From sequence record SRR20825006_2421: DNA of 36,568 nucleotides; one strand, given 5' to 3'. The translations under genes and the position numbers were made by a program. The notes beneath the pieces were generated by a model. It was given only the letters and a program-made list of their open reading frames with translations, was not told the DNA's origin and made no database searches. Below are positions 19,201 to 27,662 of this stretch, one piece after another (the first letter of the stretch is position 1; each line of letters starts with the position of its first letter).

Positions 19201-19830
19201 ACCGAGCAAAGGACGACAGGCTTCCAGCAGGGCGTCCGGGTTGCCCAGATTGTCGCTTTGCAAGGCATTGGCGGCGCTCACCGGGAAGGCGGCAATCACA
19301 GAGCGCCAGTAATCCCGTGCGGCCATTTGTTGTTCATCGCTGGCGTCTTCTTGCAGCTCCAGACTGAACAGGCTGCCGGAATCGAAGGCGTGCTGTTTGA
19401 GCATACGGTTGCAGAAACCGTGAATGGTGTAGATGGCGGCTTCATCCATCCACTGGGCAGCGGCATCCAGGCGCTGGGCACAGCGGGCCCGGTCCTCCGG
19501 ATCGCTGTAGTCGTTGAGCAGTTCTGCCAGTACGGCATCGTCGGCTTGGGCTGCGGTATCGGCAAAGAGTCGGGCGGCATCAGCCAGGCGATCGCGGATT
19601 CGTTCGCGCAGCTCTTCCGTGGCGGCTTCGGTAAAGGTCACCACCAGAATTTCTGGCGGTAGAAGCGGGCGCGAGAACGCATTATCGTCGCCGTGGTCAT
19701 TACCGTGACCCAGCACCAGACGCAGATACAGCGCAGCCAGGGTAAAGGTCTTGCCGGTGCCGGCACTGGCTTCGATCAGCCGGGTGCCGTGCAGCGGGAA
19801 CGTGATCGGGAGCGGACGTTCAAGGTTCAT
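16213..19830 (-). CDS. recB: Exodeoxyribonuclease V beta subunit RecB
   Basis: IEASAGTGKT, IDEFQDTD, IGDPKQAIYAFRGAD and TIHKSKGLEY; C-terminal nuclease motif GFIDLVF...LDYKS. Confidence 0.97.
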   Translation of the reverse strand: MNLERPLPITFPLHGTRLIEASAGTGKTFTLAALYLRLVLGHGNDHGDDNAFSRPLLPPEILVVTFTEAATEELRERIRDRLADAARLFADTAAQADDAVLAELLNDYSDPEDRARCAQRLDAAAQWMDEAAIYTIHGFCNRMLKQHAFDSGSLFSLELQEDASDEQQMAARDYWRSVIAAFPVSAANALQSDNLGNPDALLEACRPLLGLKEADPEALPQSVTHWLTQTGPQANKDQQARQQLADELPDFLEWVRAARDNKWLNGNSYRTTSLPGMLQTLQRYANGERLNGKAYDILAKFSHEGMKLTKAGQDHRPDFVFCQQLDTVMEGRANTALPRTDLLAHAAAWIDRRVDQVRRQTATMGFDDMLTRLHDALRGGNGERLAQVIRDQFPVALIDEFQDTDPTQYGIFSALYEGQQDTGWFMIGDPKQAIYAFRGADVFTYLKARRATEGNHYTLDKNFRSADAMVHAVNHLFSYSQNTFGDVFMMDNAIPFEAVKANGRNDVLLVDNKEKSGITLWVDEQEKPVSAGQYRDEQAARCASEIAHLLNGAVNGVTGFRKADSFRPLHPNDIAILVRDRTEAKAIRDALMERQVRSVYLSDQDSVFAQPEAHDLLLILHACASPESDTRVRSALACAVLDLAYAELDALNQDEVRWEETVEQFHGYRQQWQTQGVLPMLRSLLMGFHVPARLSQSLDGERALTNLLHLAELLQQAATQLDGEQSLIRYLEDIVERTVEEGRGSSKESILRLESDDDRVKVITIHKSKGLEYPLVYLPFICSFRPADKNKPPLRYHENDHLNVSLEPDEAIENKADHERLAEDMRLLYVALTRACHTCTLGLAPYIKGRGKQNQLEKSAIGRLLFGNGVANDGLRAALTPVSHDAVDIIQAPDSNTECYQPKAESRTLRAPLTPVARQRQPWWIASYSALKQVQETLAPADPRGDQLAEQQDDTVMDDAEPLPDTIHAFPRGAAPGTLLHDVLEQAANQGFTQTLAAPTEFETSVEEKLQARGWQDFMEVIRHWWKQAVTTPLPLKHAEIALNTLHTYVPELEFLFPAHQVKVAEMDTLIRQHIHPQHPRPRLEADTLNGMLKGFIDLVFEHDGKYFVLDYKSNWLGVDDSAYTLDAMTNAVLEKRYEVQYVLYLLALHRLLKSRLPDYDPDQHLGGAVYVFLRGLQGPAAGTVFDRPDTALIERLDGMFGGGV

Positions 19831-22800
19831 GCGTCATCTCCCGGCTCGCGCCATTGGGCGTGCTGATAGAGCGGGGCATAGAGTTGCTCAGTCCAGTAGG
19901 CGAAGGCGTTGGCATCGCCATGGGTAGCGGCCATCAAGGTGTCAAAGTCTGTCCAGGCGCGGGCAATGGCCGGCTCTTTTCCCTGTTCGCCGGTGTGCAT
20001 GAAGCCGGATTCGAATGCCTTGCGTGCTTCGCTTTCTCCTCGTTCCTTTTCTTCGCCTTTAAGCCAGGCAAAAGCGGTGGCACAAGCAATGGGCAGCGGT
20101 TCGCACAGGGCTTGCTGCCAGGCATAACCGAGCTGATCCAGACATTGCTGGGCGTCACTGCGATTCAGGTGCGGCAAGGTAAAGAGGCCGTCCTGGCCCT
20201 GAATATGGGTAGTTAGCGGCTGCCCGGCGGCGCAGGTGGCCAGGTGCAGCACCCAGTCCCGGGTGAGTTTGTCGAAGCGGCCATTGAGCTTGCCGGTGTG
20301 CAGCACCAGCCGTTGGACGTTAGCCGCGGAGCCACGCAGATCGGTGAGCCAGTCTTCGATCTGCAGTGGGCCGGCGTTGAGGCGGATTTCCTGTTGCGGT
20401 TGCGGTGTGCCGCACTCGGCCAGCAGGGAAAAGTAGTGTTCCAGTGGTTGCGATAAGGGCATCAGCAGGCTGTCGCGGCTGCCCTCGTCAAAGGGCGCCA
20501 GGGGCAGGTCGCCGCTGCCGGCCAGCCGATCCATGGTCTCTGCCATAGCGTCGCCGGCCTGCTCTGGCCCGGCACGCAGGGCTTCGTTGAGCAACTGGTC
20601 CTGTAACTGGAAACGCTGCAGGCCGTCGAAGGAAAAGGGTTCGCTGTCGTCCAGTACCTGCCGCTGTTGTTTCAGGCGAGCCTTCAGGCGTTGCTCGAAA
20701 AAATGCGCCACCGGCTGCTTGAGAAAACGGCCGAGAGCGGCACAGCTAATCGGTTCATCGTTTTCCAGTGGCGGCAGGGGCTGGTCGTTGCTGGCAGCAG
20801 GCGCCTGGCCATCGTGGAGGGCTCGCCATTCGTTGGCGTAGGTGTGTAATGAATCGCTGTGAGGCAAGTCGGAATCGTTGGCCGACTCCTGGTCGGCATG
20901 GAAAAAATAGCGGGCGCTGAACGGTTGCAGCGGGTGGGCCATGGTGAGGGCCTCCACGGGGTCGCCCTGCTCGGTGTGCCAGCGCTGGTTGATGTGGTCG
21001 CGCAGTTGCGCCACTAACACTGAGGGCGGGCGTTCGCTGTTGTCGCGCACGTTGCGACCGGTCCAACTGATGTAGAGGCTGTCGCGGGCGCTGAGCATGG
21101 CTTCGAGAAACAGGTAACGGTCGTCGTCGCGTCGGGAACGGTCGCCGGGGCGGTAGTTGCCCCATTGGCGCATTAAATCGAAGTCCATGGGTTGCTGTTG
21201 GCGCGGGTAGTCGCCGTCTTTCATGCCCAGCAGGCAGACATGGCGAAAAGGAATGGCGCGCATGGGCATCAGGGTGCAGACGTTAATGCGCCCGGCCATA
21301 AAACGTTGCGACAGGCTTTCCGCATTCAGGGCATCGAGTAACGGTCGGCGTGCCACGGTGAGCGGCAGAGAGCTGTCGAAGTCGGCTTCGGCGCAGGCGG
21401 CCAGCCAGTCGTTGAGAGCATCGCGCAGGCCCGCATCCAGGGCCTGGTCCGCTTCGTCCACGGGAGCGAACAGGTCATCCAGCAGTTGGATAAAGCGTTG
21501 TTGCCACTCCCTGGCGCTGGCGTCCTGACGGCTTTGTTGCCAGTGCTGTTCCAGGGTGTCGAGCAGGCGAGACAGGCGCCCGGCCAGTTCCGCCCCCAGC
21601 CCGGCCACTTCGTCCAGGGGCTCAATGCCCATCCAGGCCGGGCCGTCGCCGAGCAGGTAGCCTGCCAGCATCCGCTTCAGGCCGAAGGCCCAGCTGTTCT
21701 GTTCGAAACCGGGTACGTCCAGAGTCTGCCGCTGCGGGCTGTTAAGTCCCCAGCGAATGCGCGCCTGATCGATCCAGCGGGCCAGTTGCGGCAGGTCGCC
21801 TTCGTCGATGCCGAAGCGTTCGCGCACCGCGGGCACATCCAGCAAGTCGAGAATATCGGTGGCGGTGAAGCGCCACTGGGGCAGATGCAGCAGGGACTCC
21901 ACCGCCTGCGCCAGGGGTGAGGCGGCGCCAGCGCTGCGGTCGCTGAGGGTGTAGGGCAGATAGCGCGGATCGTCTCGTTCCAGACGACCGAAAACCGCAT
22001 CAATGTGCGGCGCGTAAGCTTCGATGTCGGGCACCATCACGATCACGTCCCGGGGCTGCAGGCTCGGGTCGTTGCTGAACCGGTCCAGCAGTTCATCCTG
22101 GAGAATTTCCACTTCCCGCTGGGCGCTGTGGCCGATACGGAACTGGAGAGAATCGTCCATTTCCAGAGGCGGACGCCGGTCCGGTGTCGGTAGGGGGTCC
22201 AGATCGAGAATGTCCTGTTGCAGCTGCTGCAACAAAGTGTGCGGTTCGCGGTTTTCAAACAGGTCGATCTGGTTCTGGAAGGCGCTGCGATAACTGTCTG
22301 GATCGTCGTGGTCGTAGAGCAGACCGATAAAGTCCCGCCCCTGTTTGCCCCAAGCAGCCAGCAATGGATTAACCCGGTTTTCCGGCAGGGCGGTCAGGTG
22401 CCGTTTGCGGTTGTCCAGCTGGCGGCGCAGTAGCTGTTTGTCTTCAACAATATCTGCCCAATAGTGCTGACAGGGGTTTTGTACCAGCATCAGGATCTGG
22501 CAATGCTGGCTAAGCGCGGCCAGGGCTTCCAGTGCCTGCTGGGGCAGGGCGCTGATACCGAAGATGATCAGCCGGCGTGGTAGCCCCGGTGGTGGCGTGC
22601 CGTGTTGTGGTGTCAGCGCGGCCATGAAATCCCGGTGAATGGCACTGCGGCTGAGGCCTTGCTTGCTGTCATCCATGTCCGCCAGCAGGGCGCGCCACAG
22701 ATGCGCTTGCCAAAGCTGACTGGAAGGAAATTCATCGAAGGCATCGCGGTCCTGGGCCTTGCGAAGTCGGTCGTTTCCGTTTTCCCAGTCCGCCAGCCAA

Positions 22801-23243
22801 TCCGCCCGGTACATTTGGTAGGCATCGAACAGATCCGCTAATCGCTCGGCCAGCTGGTGGCGTTTGCGGCCATCCATGTCGTCGGCGAGAAAATGGCGCA
22901 GGGGGCCGAAGTGCTCGTTGTTAAGCAAGGCAGGCAGTAGCCGGTACAGGCGCCAAAGCAAACGGGACTTGTCGAACGGTGACGTACGTGGGACCTGGTC
23001 TTCACCGAGCACGGTGCGGTAGGCCCCCCACAGGAACCGGGCGGGCATCTGGAACTGGAAACCGGCGCTGATACCCAGGGCATCCGCCAGTTGCAGTTTC
23101 AGCCACTGGGCCATGCCGTTGGACTGTACCAGAAAGGTTTCCGTTTCCAGTGGCGGCAGTGGCTCACGTTGCAGCCAGTCCGCCACCAGCTCGGTAAGGG
23201 TTTCCAGACGGTTGCCGTGCAGCACCATCAGCCCGTTTTGCAT
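19827..23243 (-). CDS. recC: Exodeoxyribonuclease V gamma subunit RecC
   Basis: HGNRLETL, LVQSNGMAQWLK, NPLLAAWGKQGRD, CTLMPMRAIPF and HPLQPFS; ATGA overlap with recB. Confidence 0.96.
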   Translation of the reverse strand: MQNGLMVLHGNRLETLTELVADWLQREPLPPLETETFLVQSNGMAQWLKLQLADALGISAGFQFQMPARFLWGAYRTVLGEDQVPRTSPFDKSRLLWRLYRLLPALLNNEHFGPLRHFLADDMDGRKRHQLAERLADLFDAYQMYRADWLADWENGNDRLRKAQDRDAFDEFPSSQLWQAHLWRALLADMDDSKQGLSRSAIHRDFMAALTPQHGTPPPGLPRRLIIFGISALPQQALEALAALSQHCQILMLVQNPCQHYWADIVEDKQLLRRQLDNRKRHLTALPENRVNPLLAAWGKQGRDFIGLLYDHDDPDSYRSAFQNQIDLFENREPHTLLQQLQQDILDLDPLPTPDRRPPLEMDDSLQFRIGHSAQREVEILQDELLDRFSNDPSLQPRDVIVMVPDIEAYAPHIDAVFGRLERDDPRYLPYTLSDRSAGAASPLAQAVESLLHLPQWRFTATDILDLLDVPAVRERFGIDEGDLPQLARWIDQARIRWGLNSPQRQTLDVPGFEQNSWAFGLKRMLAGYLLGDGPAWMGIEPLDEVAGLGAELAGRLSRLLDTLEQHWQQSRQDASAREWQQRFIQLLDDLFAPVDEADQALDAGLRDALNDWLAACAEADFDSSLPLTVARRPLLDALNAESLSQRFMAGRINVCTLMPMRAIPFRHVCLLGMKDGDYPRQQQPMDFDLMRQWGNYRPGDRSRRDDDRYLFLEAMLSARDSLYISWTGRNVRDNSERPPSVLVAQLRDHINQRWHTEQGDPVEALTMAHPLQPFSARYFFHADQESANDSDLPHSDSLHTYANEWRALHDGQAPAASNDQPLPPLENDEPISCAALGRFLKQPVAHFFEQRLKARLKQQRQVLDDSEPFSFDGLQRFQLQDQLLNEALRAGPEQAGDAMAETMDRLAGSGDLPLAPFDEGSRDSLLMPLSQPLEHYFSLLAECGTPQPQQEIRLNAGPLQIEDWLTDLRGSAANVQRLVLHTGKLNGRFDKLTRDWVLHLATCAAGQPLTTHIQGQDGLFTLPHLNRSDAQQCLDQLGYAWQQALCEPLPIACATAFAWLKGEEKERGESEARKAFESGFMHTGEQGKEPAIARAWTDFDTLMAATHGDANAFAYWTEQLYAPLYQHAQWREPGDDA

Positions 23244-23384
23244 GGAGATTCCTTGCGCGAAATTGCGTTTGTGCGAAAGGGTCTAGCCTAAGGGAGAAGC
23301 GCTTGCCGCGCTACAACAGGTAGCCACGCCTAGGGCTAAAGGAGGGGGCTGCCAGATTCTGTTGTGGGGAAATAATCGGGTCGC

Positions 23385-23480
23385 AGAAGCGAGTAACGAG
23401 TTTCGAGTCCCGAAAAACAAAAACCATTCTTCAGGCTGAAGGTTTTGACTTTCGCAACTCGCTTCTCGTCAGTCGCTACT
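23385..23480. repeat. Heptamer-periodic long hairpin downstream of lysE and upstream of recC
   Basis: AAGCGAG TAACGAG TTTCGAG TCCCGAA mirrored by TTCGCAA CTCGCTT CTCGTCA GTCGCTA, around an AAAACC..CTTCAG-G-CTGAAG..GGTTTT core. Confidence 0.75.
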
Positions 23481-23486
23481 GAGTTG

Positions 23487-24191
23487 CTACAGCACGCTCA
23501 TCCACCAGTTAAGCCGTTCTCGTTTCGGTGGCAGGGGAGTCTCTGGCGTTTTTTGCTGTGTGCTGGCGGGCTCGGAAGGGCTGGCCTGGCTCGGCTGGAT
23601 ACCGAAGGTAGGGTACAGTGACGCTACCAGCAGGACGGCCATGGCGCGGTTGAAACCGCGTAGCCGCTGATCTTTATGCAGCCAGTTTTTCAGCGCGGCA
23701 CCAAACAGATTCCAGCAGCTGATCAGGGGGAGTCCAACCATCAGGAAGGTGCCGGCAATAATGGCCACGCTCAAGGTGAAGGCCTGCGGTTGGGTGAAAG
23801 TGGCGACGCCGGTGAGAATCATCATCCAGGCCTTGGGGTTAATCCACTGGAACAGCGCTGCCTGCATGAAGGTGAACGGTCTTGCCGTGTGGCTACTGGT
23901 GTCCAGTTGGCGGGTGCGCACCAGTTGCCAGGCCAGGTAGAGCAAATAGAAGGCGCCACCCACGCGCAATGCAATCACTGCTTGGGGAAAGCGGGTGAGC
24001 AGAGGGCCGAGCCCCAGCGCCACACACAGCAGGATCACCTGACAGCCGATGGCGATGCCAAAAATATGCCCCAGGGAGCGGCGAAAACCGGCGTTGGCTC
24101 CGGATGCGACCAGCATCAGGTTGTTGGGGCCGGGGGTGCCGGTCATGACAGCGACAAAACCGATTAAGGCCACAAACTGCTCGGTCAGCAT
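23487..24191 (-). CDS. LysE/RhtB family amino acid exporter
   Basis: TPGPNNLML and FQWINPKAW motifs, multiple TM helices. Confidence 0.9.
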   Translation of the reverse strand: MLTEQFVALIGFVAVMTGTPGPNNLMLVASGANAGFRRSLGHIFGIAIGCQVILLCVALGLGPLLTRFPQAVIALRVGGAFYLLYLAWQLVRTRQLDTSSHTARPFTFMQAALFQWINPKAWMMILTGVATFTQPQAFTLSVAIIAGTFLMVGLPLISCWNLFGAALKNWLHKDQRLRGFNRAMAVLLVASLYPTFGIQPSQASPSEPASTQQKTPETPLPPKRERLNWWMSVL

Positions 24192-24260
24192 GACAAGGGT
24201 CCTTTCTTCGAATGGGGCGGGAGGTATCTATCTGAATAGACTAGGTGGACAGTCTCTACC

Positions 24261-24345
24261 GATACAGATATAACAATGTGAAATTGCTGCGGTACAGATA
24301 GGATTTTCTTCTATCTGTACTTGCTGTGATGCACACAACTGTATC
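24261..24345. promoter_or_regulatory. Putative MocR operator array (TACAGATA boxes)
   Basis: GATACAGATA at 24261; GTACAGATAG (24292-24301) and CTATCTGTAC (24311-24320) form a perfect inverted repeat; CTGTATC at 24339; lies between divergent lysE and mocR. Confidence 0.7.
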
Positions 24346-24360
24346 GCTTTGGATTATTTC

Positions 24361-25761
24361 ATGACCTTGTATCAGAGCCTGGCAGACCGGCTTCAACGTT
24401 TGATCAACGAGCAGGTGTACCCGGTGGGCAGTCGGCTTCCCGGTGTACGTTTGCTCGGTGCTCAGCACGGTGTGAGTGTGTCTACTGCGGTGAATGCGTG
24501 TCGGGAGCTGGAACAGCGCGGTGTGCTGGAGGCGCGGCCCCGCTCGGGGTATTACGTCCGCCAGCCGCCGGTGCTGCGAGAGCCGCCCAGGGTGGCGACG
24601 GCCAGCCGCAAGCCTCGCAGGATCACCGGGCAGGAACAGGTGCTGCAGATGCTGCAGAACGTGAATAATCCGGCGGTGGTCAATCTTGGTGCTGCGGTGC
24701 CCGCGCCGGAATTTATGCCGGTGGCGGCCATGGAGCGCGTTTTTCATGGTGTGCTGCGCGAACAACGGCGCCGTTGTGTGGGGTATGAATTCCCCCCCGG
24801 GGCGCCGGAGTTGCGTACCCAGATTGCCCGTCGATTGGCGGGCATGCAATGCGCGGTGGCACCGGAAGAGGTGCTGATTACCAATAGCTGCCAGGAATCC
24901 GTGGCGATTGCCCTGAAGCTCACGACGCGCCCCGGTGATACGGTGGCGATTGAATCGCCAACCTATTACGGCTTGCTGCAGGTGATTGAGTCCCTGGGCC
25001 TGAAGGCGCTGGAAATCCCTACGGATCCGGAACAAGGGATTTCACTGGAGGCGTTGACGCTGGCGTTGGAACGTTGGCCGGTTGCAGCCTGTGTTGTGGT
25101 GCCGAATTTTTCCAATCCGCTGGGTGTGTGTCTGTCCGATGCGCGCAAGCAGGCGTTGCTGGCCTTGCTGGGGCGTTATCAGGTGCCGCTGGTGGAGGAT
25201 GATATCTATGGGGATTTGCCGCTTTCCGGGCCTCGCCCCCGGCCTGTCAAAAGCTGGGATGACAATGGGCTGGTGTATTATTGCTCCTCCTCATCGAAGA
25301 CCCTGTCTGCCGGCTTGCGTGTGGGGTGGTTGGTGCCGCCGCCAGCCCAACAGGAACGTGCTGAGTATTTGCAGTTTATCAATACGGTGTCGGTGAATAC
25401 GCCGGGGCAATTGGCGTTGGCCAGGTATCTGGAAACCGGTCGTTATGAGCGTTTTCTTCGCCAGTTATGTGCAGACCATGCATTGGGTGTAGCACGGATG
25501 ACCGAACGGGTGACGCAGCTTTTTCCCCGACAAACCCGGGTCAGCCGGCCGGCGGGAGGTTTTGTGCTATGGGTGGAGTTACCGGAGGATGTGGATACCA
25601 CTCAGTTAATGGAAAGCGCGTTGGCGAAAGGGGTCAGTTTTGCTCCGGGCATGTTGTTTTCCGCGTCAGGAAAATTTGCCAACTGCTTGCGCCTGAATTG
25701 TGCAGTGAAATGGGATAACCGGGTTGAGCAGGCATTGGTGACCTTGTCGCGGTTGTTATAA
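24361..25761 (+). CDS. MocR/GabR family PLP-dependent GntR regulator
   Basis: wHTH GSRLPGVR..GVSVSTAVNA..RPRSGYYV plus aminotransferase-like domain (ESPTY, PNFSNPLG, VEDDIYG, SSSKTLSAGLRVGW). Confidence 0.93.
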   Translation: MTLYQSLADRLQRLINEQVYPVGSRLPGVRLLGAQHGVSVSTAVNACRELEQRGVLEARPRSGYYVRQPPVLREPPRVATASRKPRRITGQEQVLQMLQNVNNPAVVNLGAAVPAPEFMPVAAMERVFHGVLREQRRRCVGYEFPPGAPELRTQIARRLAGMQCAVAPEEVLITNSCQESVAIALKLTTRPGDTVAIESPTYYGLLQVIESLGLKALEIPTDPEQGISLEALTLALERWPVAACVVVPNFSNPLGVCLSDARKQALLALLGRYQVPLVEDDIYGDLPLSGPRPRPVKSWDDNGLVYYCSSSSKTLSAGLRVGWLVPPPAQQERAEYLQFINTVSVNTPGQLALARYLETGRYERFLRQLCADHALGVARMTERVTQLFPRQTRVSRPAGGFVLWVELPEDVDTTQLMESALAKGVSFAPGMLFSASGKFANCLRLNCAVKWDNRVEQALVTLSRLL

Positions 25762-25800
25762 AACGGAGCGATGAAGGAGGGCCGGGTTACCCTTAAATGC

Positions 25801-25842
25801 AAGAGGCCGCGCCCAAACCAATGGACGCGGCTTCTTTGCTTT
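25801..25842. terminator. Terminator between convergent mocR and kamA-like genes
   Basis: GAGGCCGCG..loop..CGCGGCTTC followed by TTTGCTTT. Confidence 0.6.
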
Positions 25843-25902
25843 CAGATCAGCTCGACGCTCTCACGCGCTGCGTTCGATTATCTGCTGTCCATTAACGGAT
25901 CG

Positions 25903-27294
25903 TTATTCGCTTTCCATTTCTGCCAGCTCGTCTTCGAAGAAAAACGTGTCTTCACCGAAGGCCGGCTCCAGGTGATTCAGCCAGGTGGCTTCCTCGTTGT
26001 ACTTGGCGAAGAAAGGCCGTTGCACCCAGTCGTGGTTGCGGCCCTGAATAAAGCGCAGGGCGAACACTTTCTCGCCGTTGATTTCGGTAACGCCCTGGAT
26101 TTCCACCTTGCCCGGGTGGCTGGACATGCTCGGGCCGCGCGCGGTGCGGGCGATACCGGATACCTGTTTCATGGCATCGCGATAGATCTCCCAGGCCTTG
26201 GCGAGCGGTACTTCAAAGTAATGGCGGGCGCCGGTGTCGCGCTCCACAAACATGTAATAAGGAATGATGCCCAGCTCGACCTGGGTCTGCCACAGGCGTG
26301 CCCAGTCGTCGGCGTTGTCGTTGATGTGCGCCAGCAGCGGGCCCTGGGCGCGAATCACCGCACCGGTGGCACGTACCCGTTTTACCGCTTCACGGGCGAT
26401 GTCGGTTTCCAGTTCCTGCCAGTGGTTGTAGTGCGCCATCAGCGCCAGGTGTTTGCCGCTGGCGATCACTTCCTCGAACAGGTCGAGCAGGTCTTTGGCG
26501 TCGGCGTCGGAGACCACACGCTGGGGCCAGAAGGTGAGGGCCTTGGAACCGATACGGATGGTGCGGATCTGTTCCAGTTCCAGCAGCGGTTCGATATGCG
26601 CCCGCAGGTTTTTGGTTTTCATTACCAGCGGGTCGCCGCCGGTGATCAGCACATCGGAAATTTCCGGGTGGGCCTGAATGTACTTCTTCAGTTGCCCGGC
26701 TTCCTTGGTGGCAATTTTCAGGTCGTTGTCACCGATGAACTGGGCCCAGCGGAAACAGAAGGTGCAGTAGCTGTGGCAGACCTGGCCCTGGCTGGGAAAA
26801 AACAGCACGGTTTCATTGTACTTGTGCTGAATGCCTTCAATCTTTTCGCCATCCACTTCCGGGATGTTGTGTTCCATTTGCCCGGCGGGATGCGGGTTCA
26901 GCGCTTCGCGGACTTCGGCGATGGAGGCCTTGATGACGGCTTTGTCGCCTCCGCGCATGGCCTCGGCGACCTTGTCGAAGTGTTCCGGTGCCAGCATGCC
27001 TTTCTGGGGAAAGGTGAGCTGGTAGATGGGATCATTGGGAACCTTGTCCCAGTTGATCAGCTCATTGATGACGTATTCATTGACCCGAAACGGCAGCACA
27101 TTCGCGACCACGTCCATGGCAAAGCGGGTCTCGTCGTCCAGGCGCTTGAGTGGCTCGATCTTGTCGAGCTGGCGCGCCGTGTAGACCTTGAACCGGCGGG
27201 GTTCGTCGTAGGCTTGTTCGGCAGATTGAGCCAGCTTGTCGGTGCTCTCACGGGTGTCCTGGTGCAGCGGAATAACCGTATTGGTTTCGGGCAT
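25903..27294 (-). CDS. KamA-family radical SAM enzyme (lysine 2,3-aminomutase-like)
   Basis: HKYNETVLFFP, CHSYCTFCFR (CxxxCxxC), LITGGDPL, IRIGSK, PYYMF and putative PLP lysine in SHPGKV; GAGGAG RBS before ATG 27294. Confidence 0.88.
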   Translation of the reverse strand: MPETNTVIPLHQDTRESTDKLAQSAEQAYDEPRRFKVYTARQLDKIEPLKRLDDETRFAMDVVANVLPFRVNEYVINELINWDKVPNDPIYQLTFPQKGMLAPEHFDKVAEAMRGGDKAVIKASIAEVREALNPHPAGQMEHNIPEVDGEKIEGIQHKYNETVLFFPSQGQVCHSYCTFCFRWAQFIGDNDLKIATKEAGQLKKYIQAHPEISDVLITGGDPLVMKTKNLRAHIEPLLELEQIRTIRIGSKALTFWPQRVVSDADAKDLLDLFEEVIASGKHLALMAHYNHWQELETDIAREAVKRVRATGAVIRAQGPLLAHINDNADDWARLWQTQVELGIIPYYMFVERDTGARHYFEVPLAKAWEIYRDAMKQVSGIARTARGPSMSSHPGKVEIQGVTEINGEKVFALRFIQGRNHDWVQRPFFAKYNEEATWLNHLEPAFGEDTFFFEDELAEMESE

Positions 27295-27557
27295 GGTATC
27301 GCTCCTCATCATGCGCCGGCATGACGATAACGCCGTCAACACCGGTACACTGGTTGCCTAAACCAGCGGAATTAGTCGTTACTACTGATGGCCAGCGGCG
27401 GCTGGCGCTGAGTCGGGCTTGTCTGGCCCGTTTAACGTGCGTCGGCAAGGCGACGCAGAGGACTTGGAACGAATCGCCCCCCAGCCTGATCGGGGAGGAG
27501 AGTGGTCATTTGCTGCACGCTGTTTAATAGACGCGAGCCGACCGGTGTTCCAAAAGA
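27295..27557 (-). promoter_or_regulatory. Long structured 5' leader of the kamA-like gene (candidate cis-regulatory RNA)
   Basis: At least six hairpins plus mutually exclusive long-range pairings and an anti-SD tract between the predicted promoter and the RBS. Confidence 0.55.
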
Positions 27558-27563
27558 GAGCGT

Positions 27564-27592
27564 ATTCTAGGGAAGCGGCGCGCAAAGCGCAA
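27564..27592 (-). promoter_or_regulatory. Sigma70-type promoter for the kamA-like gene
   Basis: Minus strand TTGCGC-N17-TAGAAT. Confidence 0.6.
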
Positions 27593-27662
27593 AGCGCAAC
27601 GGATGCTGGCCTCGCCGGTTATGCTATCGTTGAGCGGATACCTGCTTCAGAGACGGAACTGA

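Noticed and set aside
14038-23480. Heptamer arrays as CRISPR repeats
   Set aside because: Units are 7 bp, tandem, without unique spacers, and no cas genes are present.
25771-27324. 517-aa + strand ORF
   Set aside because: Antisense shadow of the KamA-like gene with no recognisable motifs; expected in GC-rich, codon-biased DNA.
27295-27557. Canonical lysine riboswitch before the aminomutase-like gene
   Set aside because: The AGAGG-start and other L-box consensus elements were not found on the coding strand by eye; needs cmscan confirmation.
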